Shown here: piece after piece, positions 12,501-20,664 of the stretch
Layout: the number at the start of each line of letters is the position of its first letter
Numbering within the stretch: position 1 is the stretch's first letter
Source of the DNA: Candidatus Undinarchaeota archaeon
GTDB taxonomy: Archaea; SpSt-1190; JASMDC01
Direction of reading: 5' to 3'
Assembly (NCBI GenBank): GCA_964519305.1
Contig: CAZFHY010000009.1
Span: 1 to 64,000, forward strand
Length of the DNA: 64,000 bases
Notes under the pieces: generated by a model
The model's database searches: none
Seen by the model: only the letters and a program-made list of their open reading frames with translations
What the model was told of the DNA's origin: nothing
Made by a program: the position numbers and the translations under genes

Positions 12501-15500
12501 CACAGAAGGTAGTCGTCACCACCGAGGTCATCGACACCCCGCTCTCAGGCGCCACAGTCACCGCCGGGAGCGGTGCTACCACCTGTATCGAGGACGACGG
12601 GACAGCAGGCACCTACTGGTGCGCCGTGCCGTCCGATCAGGACAACGGCGACAACGACGTCGCCATCGAAAAGGACGGGTACGTTAAGCACGTCACCGGC
12701 GACACCGTAGACCGCGCCGACGACGGGGCCGGCCAGGGGACCGTTACAGTCGACGATGTCGGGTACGCCTACAAGCTCCAGGTGGAGGACCAGCGTACTA
12801 CACCCGGCACAATCACAGGCGCTGCCGTCACCGCCGGGTCCGCTGCCACGGTATGCACCGCCAGCGGTGACCATTACTATTGTGCCATCACTCTCGCACA
12901 GGACGACACGGCCACCGTAAACGCCGTGAAGACCGGCTACGTCACCACCACATGGGCCACCGGTCTCGCCACGGGACGGTCGTCGCACGATGATGCCCAG
13001 AAGGCACTGACGGTGACCGACCTGCCATTCGCACAAAAGGTAGTCGTCACCACGGACGCCATCGGCTCGGCTCTCAGTGGCGCAACGATCACCGCAGGGT
13101 CCGCTGCCACCGCGTGCACCGAGGACGACGGGACAGCAGGCACCTACTGGTGCGCCGTACCGCCCGACCAGGACAACGGCTCAAACGACGTCAGCATCAC
13201 CCGTGACGGGTTCGTCAAGCACACGGCCGGTGACACGGGTGACCGGTCCAACGATGCGACGGCCCAGGCCACCGTGACGGTCAGCGATATCAAGTACGGG
13301 TACAAGACCAACGTCAGCGACGAGAAGGGCAATCCCTTCACCAGCGGAACGGTGGTATCCACGGGCGACAGCTATGGGACCACCTGCGTCCAGGAAGGGA
13401 GCACCAACACGTACCACTGCGCTGTGCCCCTGGCCGACACGGGCCTGGACATCAAGGTCGTGAAGGACAATCTGTTCTCAGACACGTTCAACAACTTCAC
13501 TACTGACCGCACCGCCCACACCGATGCCCAGGTGTTCGCGAACACGACCACACGGCTGTTCTGGTTCAACGTGGATGTCCGCGACGAGTTCGATAATCTG
13601 CTCCCTGGTGCGAACCTCACTGCAGGAAGTGGGTACACCAACACATGCAAGGAGCCGGACACGCCGAACGGGACGTACTACTGTACCGTCCCTCTCGGTG
13701 ACGTGGACGGGAACGTGAAAGTGGCACGATCAGGGTACGTGACCCAGGTGTTCCAGTACTCGTACGCTAACCGCTCTTCGGAGAACATCGAGACGGTCAA
13801 CGCCACGGGTGTGAAGTACGCGGTACGGGTGCGCTTGCACGATGTGCTGAACGTCACGGTACCGCTGAACGGTACTACAGGCAGGAGCGAGGTCGCAGCG
13901 GTCTCAGGGACGCCCGTCATCCGCTACCGTAACGGGACAGCGTACATCGCGGCAACGGGCGCTGACACATATCGCGTCACTAGCGCTGGCTACCTTGCGG
14001 CCACCTCCGACACGGTGACACCGGCACCGGACACGGGACAGGTCGAGGTACGTTTCGGGCACAACGGGACGGGATGCACGACCAGCACCACCCTCTCGTG
14101 CCAGAACGCTCTGGTCCACACGCTAAAGTTCACGTTCAAGGGATGCAAGGGGCTCCAGTCCGGGGGAAATGTGAAGGTACTCAACGACACCCAGGTAGTA
14201 GCTATCGCCACCGAGCTATCCGATACGGGCGAGTACTACGCAGCGCTCGATCCTGCTCTCGATGACAGCGAAGCGCTGGAGACAGGGTACGACGGGTACG
14301 TGTTCTCCAATACCATCGATGCCGAGGTCAACGCTTCCGAGCAGCACACCGAGGCCTTCGACTTCGCAGAGATGTGGGGCGGGTGCGGTGGCTCGTCAAG
14401 CTCGAGCTCATCCTCGTCCAGCAGCTCCTCGTCAACTACCACCAGCAGCGGCGGCAGTGGGGCCGTTTCCAGCGGAGGCGGTGGCGGCGGCGGGATGGTC
14501 ACTGACACGTTCGAGGTGACATGCCCCGACACCACGGTCCGTGCTGGCGGGACGACCACTCTGACGTGCACGTTCCGGCAGCTCGAGGGATTCATCGCAT
14601 ACCTCGACGGCACCGCTAACGCCGATGGAGGCATCACCGTCGACCCATCATCATTCTCTGTCGACCGTCTCTACCACTACGACCAGGACCTAGGCGACTA
14701 TTCGGACATACAAGAGGTCGTGCTCACGGTCTCGGCCGCAGGTATTGACCGGTGCACGGACGCAGCGGCATCGGTCGCGGTGAACGGCACCTACGACACG
14801 CGGTCCGGGGAGCAGTACAACGATACGGTCGTCCCGGTCACCGTGTTGTCCCATGACGAGTGCCACGTATGCGGTGACGGTACCTGCACACAGCGCGAGA
14901 GCGTGGACGGATGCCCTGACGACTGCGCCGAGTGCGGTGACAGCAAATGCACCGGGGGCGAGGACGTGGCGTCGTGCCCCGGCGACTGTACCCAGTGCGG
15001 CGACGGTGTATGCACTGGTGACGAAACCCTGACGTCATGCCCGGTCGACTGCGCTACCTGCGGCGACGGCAGCTGCGACGGTGGCGAGGACATATCAACG
15101 TGTGCTGAGGATTGCGCGTCGTGCGGGGACGGCACGTGCTCGCCCGGCGAGAGCGAGGCCACGTGCTGCATGGACTGCGGTTGTCCGGACGGATTGGCTT
15201 GCGATGCGGCGGTGGCCGGGTGCGTGCAGTTAGCGGCATGCGGTGATGGTACATGCGACGACGGCGAGGACGCCACATCCTGCCCCGGCGACTGTACCAA
15301 TTGCGGTGACGGTCTATGCACCGGTGACGAGACGACCGATACATGCTGCGGCGACTGTGGCTGCACCGAAGGTGAGGCGTGCGATGCTGACCTCGGCGTG
15401 TGCCGGATCGTCGATGTTTGCGGTGACGGGACGTGCGGTATCGACGAGACCGGAGAATCCTGTCCCGCCGACTGCGCGGCATGCGGCGATGGTATCTGTT

Positions 15501-17536
15501 CAGCAGGTGAGGACCAGGTCAACTGCTGCGCTGACTGTGCGTGCGCGACCGGGGAGTGCAACGTCCTGCTAGGACGATGCGAGGAGCCGTCAGTGTGCGG
15601 CGACGGGGTGTGCGACGCCGGCGAGGCGCTCACGTGCGCGGACGATTGTGTATCATGTGGGGATGGGACGTGCAGCGATGGCGAGGACTGCTGCACCGAT
15701 TGCGGGTGCGGTGACGAGAAGACGTGCGACGCCATCACCCTCCGCTGCGTCACCGTGGAAAAGGAGAAGACCATCTCCTTCAGGCACGAAGCGGTCCCTG
15801 ACACTGGGACAGGAACTGGGACCGGTACAGGCGAAGGGACCGGGATGGAACAAGTGACCGAGGACGAGAAGGAGATAGCGGAGGTCAGGCAGTCGGTCGC
15901 TGACGTGGCCGCGCTCGTCACCAGGTCAAGGGCGGCCCAGTCCGGCAGTGGAACGGGGGGCGCTGTGTCCACCGTCCAGGTCAAGGCCATGGTCGAGCGG
16001 TCCGTGGAAGCCACACGGGAGGTGGACGTCGGGCGCGAGGTCATCGTGAGAGATACGTCCGATGGCGAAAGATCCACTGTCAGCGTCGTCGTCAGGAACG
16101 ACGGGAATACACCGCGACGGAACGTACGCGTCGTCGAGACAATACCAAAGGACGTGGCCGGAAGCGCAGGCCAGCTCGCGTTCGATCCGCCGCCGGACTT
16201 CGTGCTCAAGGACGATCCCATCGTCGGATGGAACGTCGACCTGCTACCGGGGGAGGAGGTCACGTTCACCTATACCGTTGCCCAGGACATAAGCGACGTC
16301 GTCACGTACCAGCGGCCGGTCGTCATCGTAGAAGAGGTGGAGGAAGAGCCGCCGGTGCCTGCGTGCGGTGACGGGACGTGCGAGGCGGGAGAGGACTGCT
16401 CGTCATGCCCTGGCGACTGCACATGCCCGGTCGAACCGGTGTGCGGTGACGGATCATGCGAGGCGGGAGAGTCCAAAGGAACATGTTGCGAAGATTGTGG
16501 ATGCCTCGACGGCGAGGCGTGCAGCGACGGGGCCTGCGCGGCGGTCGAGACCGCGGCCGCCGGTACGCCGACCTCACTTATACTAGGCGCGGTCCTCGCC
16601 ATCATCATCGCGACCGGTATGGTCGCCCTGTTCACCATGCGACGGCAGGGGGTCGAGGAGGCAGTTGAGGAACTGCCCATCGCCGAGCCGACGCTCATCG
16701 CCAAGCCTGTGAAGCCTGCCGAGATAGAAGAGGTCCCCGCGGTGCCCCAGGTCGTCCCCGGTCATGCCCTCGCCGCTGCCGCCGGGCTCGCGGCCCCGCA
16801 CCCGCACGGTCTTGCCGAACAGGTGCTAATGCCACGGCCTGCTGCCACGCCGGTGGCCACCGCGGCCTTTGTCGCCGGCACCCTCACTCCACCCGTCCCA
16901 CGCCCACCGCCCACCGAGGCCGAGAAACCAGCGATGCACTCCGAGGCGGGAGAGGTCGAACGCCGCCTAAGGGGGCGAGCGCTCCACGAGGCGATGCACC
17001 GTGAACCGACGAGGACGAATGACGAGGAGGTCGCATGGTGCACGTCATTCCTCAGGACCTATCGGAAGGTGGACCTGGAATGGCTCCGCGGGCTACTGCT
17101 TATCATCGATATCGATGATGCTGTGGTCGATGTCTGCGAGCAACGGGTCGTTCTCGAGGAGAAGGAGGGGATCGCACCTCCGGCCGAGACGCCCGGGCCC
17201 GCTGTAGCCACCGCCGAAGTGGTCGAGGAGGTATCAGAGACTACACCCGTAGAGCCCGAGGTCATCGATCCACGCAAGGAACGGGAACGGATCAAGGCGC
17301 TCAGGTCCCACGCGCTCCACGAGGCCATGCACACCGAGCGACCTGCGGACGCGGAGTACGATGATAACGTCGCGTGGTGCGTGCTCTTCCTGCGGGCGCA
17401 CGGCGACATCGAGACGCGCTGGCTGCGCAACCTCCTGCTCATGGCCGGGTACAGCGAGGACGAGGTGTACGAGGCCGAGCGCCTCTGGGGAGAAGAGGTA
17501 GAGGACGAGGTCGAGCCGGACGCGGTTGTCGTCTAG
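6539..17536 (+). CDS. Giant surface protein (~3660 aa) with a tandem ~93-aa repeat stalk (long paralogue)
   Basis: Signal peptide TTVLALVLLLVLAAGASG suggests a start near 6524-6539 rather than 6401. About 19 canonical plus ~6 divergent C-x(n)-WYCP...KDGYV repeats, then the same Cys-rich/TM/cytoplasmic architecture as the upstream gene. Confidence 0.88.
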   Translation: MAADGRTGGRTTVLALVLLLVLAAGASGDVKVTVTTELSAALQGATVEVKCQNLGAAYAELTGDPETDGSGIVQAQPKAASICDSGTRIDIRVTKDGYVLKEVISDGTNRWFDDQLNTFTMSSIQYAYTVTAIAVEGPGSSILTTLDSLSAGDESGRDTCTLSGSTWYCPVTLTNSNGALVARPVKDGYVEESITLTGASTRSAHTDAQRSGTVSGVKYAYKITSVAAEGPGTSLTGSLSSLSVGDASGTDGCTLNSGTWYCPTTLTHSDQTIIASPAKDGFVQESYTVTGGTTRGSNSASQVTGTVTGVKYAYKITGITAEGPGTTLTTTLSSLTVGDDTAQTSCTLSGSVWYCPVILANSNDDMVATPAKNGYVQKDYALGTPTNRGSNAASQVSSTVSSVQFAYKITSVTTQVLASSLATTLSTLTVGDDTAKTTCTISGSIWYCPVILDNSDDTMVAVPTLDGYVQKDYGLGTPTNRGANTASQVSSALTNIEYAYKITGIATEGPGNAIVTSVSTLSVGDDTGQNSCTRSGSTWYCPTTIANSNGDLVAVPTLDGYVQKSYDLGTQTNRGSNTASQVSSTVSGIQFAYKITGVASEGPANDLTGTLSSLTMGDATGEDTCELNGGAWYCPVRLTYSDQTLVATPTKDGYVQKDYSLGTQTNRGAHTTGQVSSTVSGLQFAYRITSVATEGPGNALTTSLSALTMGDATAENTCQLHSSVWYCPVVLANSNQALVATPTKDGYVEKDYSLAAQTNRGSHSTSQVSSAVNGIQFAYKITGVVSEGPANDLTGTLSSLTMGDATGEDTCELNGGAWYCPVRLTYSDQTLVATPTKDGYVEKDYNLGTQTNRGAHTTGQVSSTVSGIQFGYKITGVTSEGPGTDLTGTLSALTMGDATGEDTCQLNGGAWYCPVRLTYSDQTLVSTPTKDGYVEKDYNLGTQTNRGAHTTGQVSSTVSGVQFAYKITGVTSEGPGNDLTGTLSSLTMGDATGEDTCTLNGGAWYCPVRLTYSDQTLVATPTKDGYVQKDYNLGTQTNRGAHTTGQVSSTVSGIQFGYKVTGVTTETLGTALTGSLSSLTVGDASGQDTCQLNGGVWYCPVRVSYSDQTLVGTPTLDGYVRKSTYALTAGTKRTGQDSAQVSDTIAGIQYGYKVTGITSEGPANTLTTSVTALTVGDDTGQTTCTRSGSTWFCPVVLANSNGALVGTPTLNGYVKKSYGLTAATVRGSDDAVQVSDTIGSVQFGYKVTGVASEGPATDLTGLLSSLTLGDATGKTACQLSGGAWYCPVVTTNSDQTPLAVLPTKDGYVQKDYTIGTQTARSADTAAQVSTTVSGVQFGYKITGVTSEGPANDLTGTLSSLTVGDATGQTACILNGGAWYCPVVTANSDQTLVGTPTKDGYVRKTTYALTAGTTRGAHTAAQVADTISGMQFAYKVTGITSEGPGNTLTTSATALTVGDATGQDACQLNGGAWYCPVVLANSDQTLVGTPTRDGYYQQSYSLTAGTTRGSHDTAQVSDTIAGVKFAYKVTSVATEGPANALTGTLSSLSVGDATGQDSCQLNGGAWYCPVALANSDQTLVATPTLDGYVGTSYGLTAGTNRGAHTTAQVADTVTGVKFGYKITSIASEGPANDLTGTVSSLTVGDASGQTACQLNGGAWYCPVVLAHSDQTLVATPTKDGYVRKATYALTAGTTRGTNSAAQVADTVTGIQFAYKVTGVTTEGPASDLTGSLTSLTVGDDTGQNACQLNGGAWYCPVVLANANGALVATPTKDGYVQGTYGLTAATTRGSHDASQVADTVAGLQFAYKVTGITTEGPGADLTSSVTGLSVGDDTGKDACTLHSGAWYCPVVLANSNSALKARPVKDGYVEEDHTLTGASTRGAHATARSTGTVAGVRFSYTVQVEDERTTAGSVTVATVTAGASDVGCTFNVDRYYCPIVLADDTGTDADADAAKSGYVTTHWDAALGAGRSQHTDAPLAVTVTDMPFAQKVVVTTEVIDTPLSGATVTAGSGATTCIEDDGTAGTYWCAVPSDQDNGDNDVAIEKDGYVKHVTGDTVDRADDGAGQGTVTVDDVGYAYKLQVEDQRTTPGTITGAAVTAGSAATVCTASGDHYYCAITLAQDDTATVNAVKTGYVTTTWATGLATGRSSHDDAQKALTVTDLPFAQKVVVTTDAIGSALSGATITAGSAATACTEDDGTAGTYWCAVPPDQDNGSNDVSITRDGFVKHTAGDTGDRSNDATAQATVTVSDIKYGYKTNVSDEKGNPFTSGTVVSTGDSYGTTCVQEGSTNTYHCAVPLADTGLDIKVVKDNLFSDTFNNFTTDRTAHTDAQVFANTTTRLFWFNVDVRDEFDNLLPGANLTAGSGYTNTCKEPDTPNGTYYCTVPLGDVDGNVKVARSGYVTQVFQYSYANRSSENIETVNATGVKYAVRVRLHDVLNVTVPLNGTTGRSEVAAVSGTPVIRYRNGTAYIAATGADTYRVTSAGYLAATSDTVTPAPDTGQVEVRFGHNGTGCTTSTTLSCQNALVHTLKFTFKGCKGLQSGGNVKVLNDTQVVAIATELSDTGEYYAALDPALDDSEALETGYDGYVFSNTIDAEVNASEQHTEAFDFAEMWGGCGGSSSSSSSSSSSSSSTTTSSGGSGAVSSGGGGGGGMVTDTFEVTCPDTTVRAGGTTTLTCTFRQLEGFIAYLDGTANADGGITVDPSSFSVDRLYHYDQDLGDYSDIQEVVLTVSAAGIDRCTDAAASVAVNGTYDTRSGEQYNDTVVPVTVLSHDECHVCGDGTCTQRESVDGCPDDCAECGDSKCTGGEDVASCPGDCTQCGDGVCTGDETLTSCPVDCATCGDGSCDGGEDISTCAEDCASCGDGTCSPGESEATCCMDCGCPDGLACDAAVAGCVQLAACGDGTCDDGEDATSCPGDCTNCGDGLCTGDETTDTCCGDCGCTEGEACDADLGVCRIVDVCGDGTCGIDETGESCPADCAACGDGICSAGEDQVNCCADCACATGECNVLLGRCEEPSVCGDGVCDAGEALTCADDCVSCGDGTCSDGEDCCTDCGCGDEKTCDAITLRCVTVEKEKTISFRHEAVPDTGTGTGTGTGEGTGMEQVTEDEKEIAEVRQSVADVAALVTRSRAAQSGSGTGGAVSTVQVKAMVERSVEATREVDVGREVIVRDTSDGERSTVSVVVRNDGNTPRRNVRVVETIPKDVAGSAGQLAFDPPPDFVLKDDPIVGWNVDLLPGEEVTFTYTVAQDISDVVTYQRPVVIVEEVEEEPPVPACGDGTCEAGEDCSSCPGDCTCPVEPVCGDGSCEAGESKGTCCEDCGCLDGEACSDGACAAVETAAAGTPTSLILGAVLAIIIATGMVALFTMRRQGVEEAVEELPIAEPTLIAKPVKPAEIEEVPAVPQVVPGHALAAAAGLAAPHPHGLAEQVLMPRPAATPVATAAFVAGTLTPPVPRPPPTEAEKPAMHSEAGEVERRLRGRALHEAMHREPTRTNDEEVAWCTSFLRTYRKVDLEWLRGLLLIIDIDDAVVDVCEQRVVLEEKEGIAPPAETPGPAVATAEVVEEVSETTPVEPEVIDPRKERERIKALRSHALHEAMHTERPADAEYDDNVAWCVLFLRAHGDIETRWLRNLLLMAGYSEDEVYEAERLWGEEVEDEVEPDAVVV
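6915..12235 (+). repeat. Tandem coding repeat, ~279-bp period, ~19 copies
   Basis: TACAAGATCACC/TACAAGGTCAC recurs at 8873, 9152, 9431 and 9710 (279-bp steps). WYCP motifs run from ~7037 to ~12071. Confidence 0.9.
15479..16470 (+). repeat. Copy 2 of the ~992-bp direct repeat
   Basis: No mismatch to 4284..5275 seen by eye. The flanks are homologous but diverged at synonymous sites. Confidence 0.88.
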
Positions 17537-17572
17537 GGCGACGTGCCCAGTCGTCTATAATACAGAGCGATG

Positions 17573-17821
17573 TTAGACCTGGGGCCCCTTGCCCACGTCC
17601 TTGATGAGGTCCTGCATCTGCTTGAGCCCGCCCCGGATCTTGCCCATCTCACTGAGGAGGCGGTTAGCGATGTCGATACCGAACTCCATGTCCTCCATGT
17701 CCTCTTTGTTCTTGGGGTCCTTGTTGCTCAGGGCGAGGTGGATGTCATGGACGTCGAACCGGACGGAGTCCAGGTCGCCGAGTATAAGGCCGCAAAGCTT
17801 CTCGATCTTCTCAGAGGACAT
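17573..17821 (-). CDS. Small helical/coiled-coil hypothetical protein
   Basis: 82-aa ORF with amphipathic pattern. AT-rich TATA-containing divergent intergenic region upstream (~17853-17870). Confidence 0.65.
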   Translation of the reverse strand: MSSEKIEKLCGLILGDLDSVRFDVHDIHLALSNKDPKNKEDMEDMEFGIDIANRLLSEMGKIRGGLKQMQDLIKDVGKGPQV

Positions 17822-17898
17822 TGGTGAGCACCTGTAATAGGGATTTCTGCTTCATATAAACATATAAATAGTAACATCCCCCCCTGTTGCGGAGGAAG

Positions 17899-20664
17899 AT
17901 GCGGCTTCTCTCACGCATTGTAGCGGTTTTTTTCGTCTCACTTCTACTCTCTCCAGTTGTCGGGCTCGAGGCCGAGAGCGCCATCGAGACGGTCGATGTC
18001 TCCAACCTCCAGCTGGCCAGCATATCCATCGCCTACAAGCTCCCTCCATATTATGTCGCGACGCTCTCGGAGTCGGCCATCGCCGGCCGGTGCTCGGTGC
18101 TATCCTCCGTGAGCTCGTGCAGCCCGTCCATCATGGTGGACTCGGGCACGGTCTCGTTCTCCATGATCGAGAGCATCGACCTCAAGGTCGAGGGTTTCGA
18201 GGTCGGGGACGACCGCGTGAGGGTGGACCTCTTCGTGAGCTACGAGCCCAAGCAGTTCTCGCTCATGAGCGGTATCTGGGTCAAGCGACGTGAGCTCAAG
18301 CTCAAGTACCCCACACACATGACCATCGTCACCGACGTTCTCGCGCGCCCGTTCGGCGCATCGTTCTCGCTCTCCGGTACACCGGAGCACACGACCATGG
18401 AGATGGAGAACAGCACGTTCGAGGTCGGCCAGGCCCTTCCCATCCCCCGCATGGAGGGGAAGCTGTGCGTCGCCGCCCTCGCCCAGGACGAGCGGGCACT
18501 CCTGATGGACAGCTCCGTGGGGTGCGAGACGTTCTCTCTTGGAACGGACGCCTTCGTTGCCGAGGGTGACTACGACCTGTACGTCATGGCAGTGCGCAAA
18601 TCCGGTGTGGCGGTGGCCCGCATCCCCGTCAAGCTCACCCGGCCCCAGCTGCTCATCCAGGCTAAGCCGTCGGCGACGTCCGTGAACCTCGGGGACGAGG
18701 TGACGGTCGAGATATTCGCCGAGCCCGCGTTGGAAGGATGCGTCGTCTCGATCCTGGACATGAACGGTATCCGCGTGGACACCATGACCCTGCGCAAGTG
18801 CACGACCGTCCCTATCGGTACCCAGACCGCATGGACCCCGGGCAAGTATCTGGTGCGCATCGAGGGGTTCGTTGGTTCGGTCAAGGGTCAGGCTTCCTTC
18901 TCGATCGACCTGCGTGGTAGGGGGTACGCTCCCGCCGAGACCAAGACGGACAAGGAGAGCTACGTGGCCGGCGACACCATCGGCGTGTACACCGAAGCAC
19001 AGGGCGACTATTGTGAGCTCGAGCTCTTCGACGAGGAGAACACCAAGGTCGGCGAGTGCGAGGCTCCCGGGTGCGGGTACGCCGAGATCGAGAGCGACGA
19101 GTCGCTCACCAACGGCAGCTATATCGTCCGCACCAAGGTGTACAGCGGTGGCGACCTGACCGCCGTCTCGTCCCGCGGGATCGAGATCCACGAGTGGCGA
19201 CCCCCGGTCCGCTCACCACGCGCCGAGCTCTGCCGCGGCGGCTACATGTACATCGACGTGTTCAAGCTCCCCTGCATCACCGAGGGCGACGTGTGCATCC
19301 CGTCGTCCACGTCGGTGCCATCCTGCCTTTGCTTCGACGATCCGGGCGACCTGGTGGGCGCCTGCGAGTTCGGTTTCCGTTGCTCGAAGGAGGGCTGTAC
19401 CGAGCGGGTCGTAGAGAGCGCCTACATCGTTGTCCGCGAGGGCGGTATATGCCTGGCAAAGCGCGGGCTCGAGACCGTGTCCTGCGTGGAACTTGGCGAG
19501 ATCTGTACCGGGACGTGCGTCTGCCTCGACAAGGAGAGCAAACCGATCTCGTCATGCTCGCTGGGCCAGACATGCACGTTCTCCGGTTGCCAGGACCTCC
19601 GTCTCGAGATGGGTATCGAGAACGAGGACTATACCAAGAACGTCCGCGTCAACGAGCTCGAAGCCGGGTTCGACCTGGTGGCCTCGGGTCGCATCTCTTA
19701 TCGAACAGGACAGGTTGAGAACCAGCTCGCCACTGCCGACCGGGCCGATATCACCATCGAGGCTTCGCTCGGGGACCTGGACGCCGAGTCCATCGACATG
19801 ATCTATGTCTCCCCTGAAGAGGGTTGGCAGATAACTTCACGCTTCACCGGCAGGCTCGATCCCGGGGAGCACGAACTGTTCCTTATCGTGGGCTACCGTG
19901 GTGACGTCCACGTCATCCGCAAGCCGTTCGAGGTTTGGTATCCCGAGGATATGAAGGACCTGGGGGTCAAGCTCACCGAGGTGACACCTGCGTCCATGAG
20001 CATCGCCACCCTCCAGAAGGGTGGTACCGTGGAGCTCACGGCCAAGGTAGTGGACGTCAACGAGGAAGAACTGCCCCATCTCCCGCCCGAGGCGTTCTCG
20101 GTGACAACGGGCCAGCTCATCGCCTACTCGGTGACCACGACCTTCGACCGCACCTCGGACCTGTGGACCCTCATCGCTAACTTCCGCAACGCTACGGTCC
20201 AGCGCTCCGACTCGATCACTGTGAGCGTCTCGTCCCTTGGACGCGAGGGCAGGGCCAGTGAGCGGTTCGAAGTGGTCGATCAGGTACCGCTCGCCATACG
20301 CATCGCCCGCACGACGCCGGGGACCAAGGACAAACCCCTCTTCTATCTCTTCGCGACCATGGGTTTCGACATGGACATATTCACGTCCATCGAAGGCGCC
20401 ATGTCCGTGCGCAAGGAGAACCTCTCGGTCAAGATAGGCAAGCACGACGTCTCCGAAGACATTGCCTACCTTGTCTCCACCGCGGAAGGTATCCGCATCC
20501 ATCTCTCCGAGGTCAAGCTCTGCCCCGACCCCCCGATGCCCAACACTGACCTGATGGTCGGAGTGGGGGTCGAGGTGGGCGGTAAGACCGCAGAGGACAC
20601 GACCACCATCCGCCTACACGGCAATCCGGGCAACTGGCGGAACATGAAAGGAGGTTCCTGCTGA
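17899..20664 (+). CDS. Secreted Ig-like (MG2-like)/Cys-rich surface protein, paralogue A
   Basis: ATG after GGAGG. Signal peptide. TDKESYVAGDTI macroglobulin-like motif. Two Cys clusters. Ends GNPGNW...C. Confidence 0.8.
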   Translation: MRLLSRIVAVFFVSLLLSPVVGLEAESAIETVDVSNLQLASISIAYKLPPYYVATLSESAIAGRCSVLSSVSSCSPSIMVDSGTVSFSMIESIDLKVEGFEVGDDRVRVDLFVSYEPKQFSLMSGIWVKRRELKLKYPTHMTIVTDVLARPFGASFSLSGTPEHTTMEMENSTFEVGQALPIPRMEGKLCVAALAQDERALLMDSSVGCETFSLGTDAFVAEGDYDLYVMAVRKSGVAVARIPVKLTRPQLLIQAKPSATSVNLGDEVTVEIFAEPALEGCVVSILDMNGIRVDTMTLRKCTTVPIGTQTAWTPGKYLVRIEGFVGSVKGQASFSIDLRGRGYAPAETKTDKESYVAGDTIGVYTEAQGDYCELELFDEENTKVGECEAPGCGYAEIESDESLTNGSYIVRTKVYSGGDLTAVSSRGIEIHEWRPPVRSPRAELCRGGYMYIDVFKLPCITEGDVCIPSSTSVPSCLCFDDPGDLVGACEFGFRCSKEGCTERVVESAYIVVREGGICLAKRGLETVSCVELGEICTGTCVCLDKESKPISSCSLGQTCTFSGCQDLRLEMGIENEDYTKNVRVNELEAGFDLVASGRISYRTGQVENQLATADRADITIEASLGDLDAESIDMIYVSPEEGWQITSRFTGRLDPGEHELFLIVGYRGDVHVIRKPFEVWYPEDMKDLGVKLTEVTPASMSIATLQKGGTVELTAKVVDVNEEELPHLPPEAFSVTTGQLIAYSVTTTFDRTSDLWTLIANFRNATVQRSDSITVSVSSLGREGRASERFEVVDQVPLAIRIARTTPGTKDKPLFYLFATMGFDMDIFTSIEGAMSVRKENLSVKIGKHDVSEDIAYLVSTAEGIRIHLSEVKLCPDPPMPNTDLMVGVGVEVGGKTAEDTTTIRLHGNPGNWRNMKGGSC

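Noticed and set aside
4284-16470. ~1-kb direct repeats as IS elements or a composite transposon
   Set aside because: Both copies are internal in-frame parts of paralogous genes, with no transposase or terminal inverted repeats.
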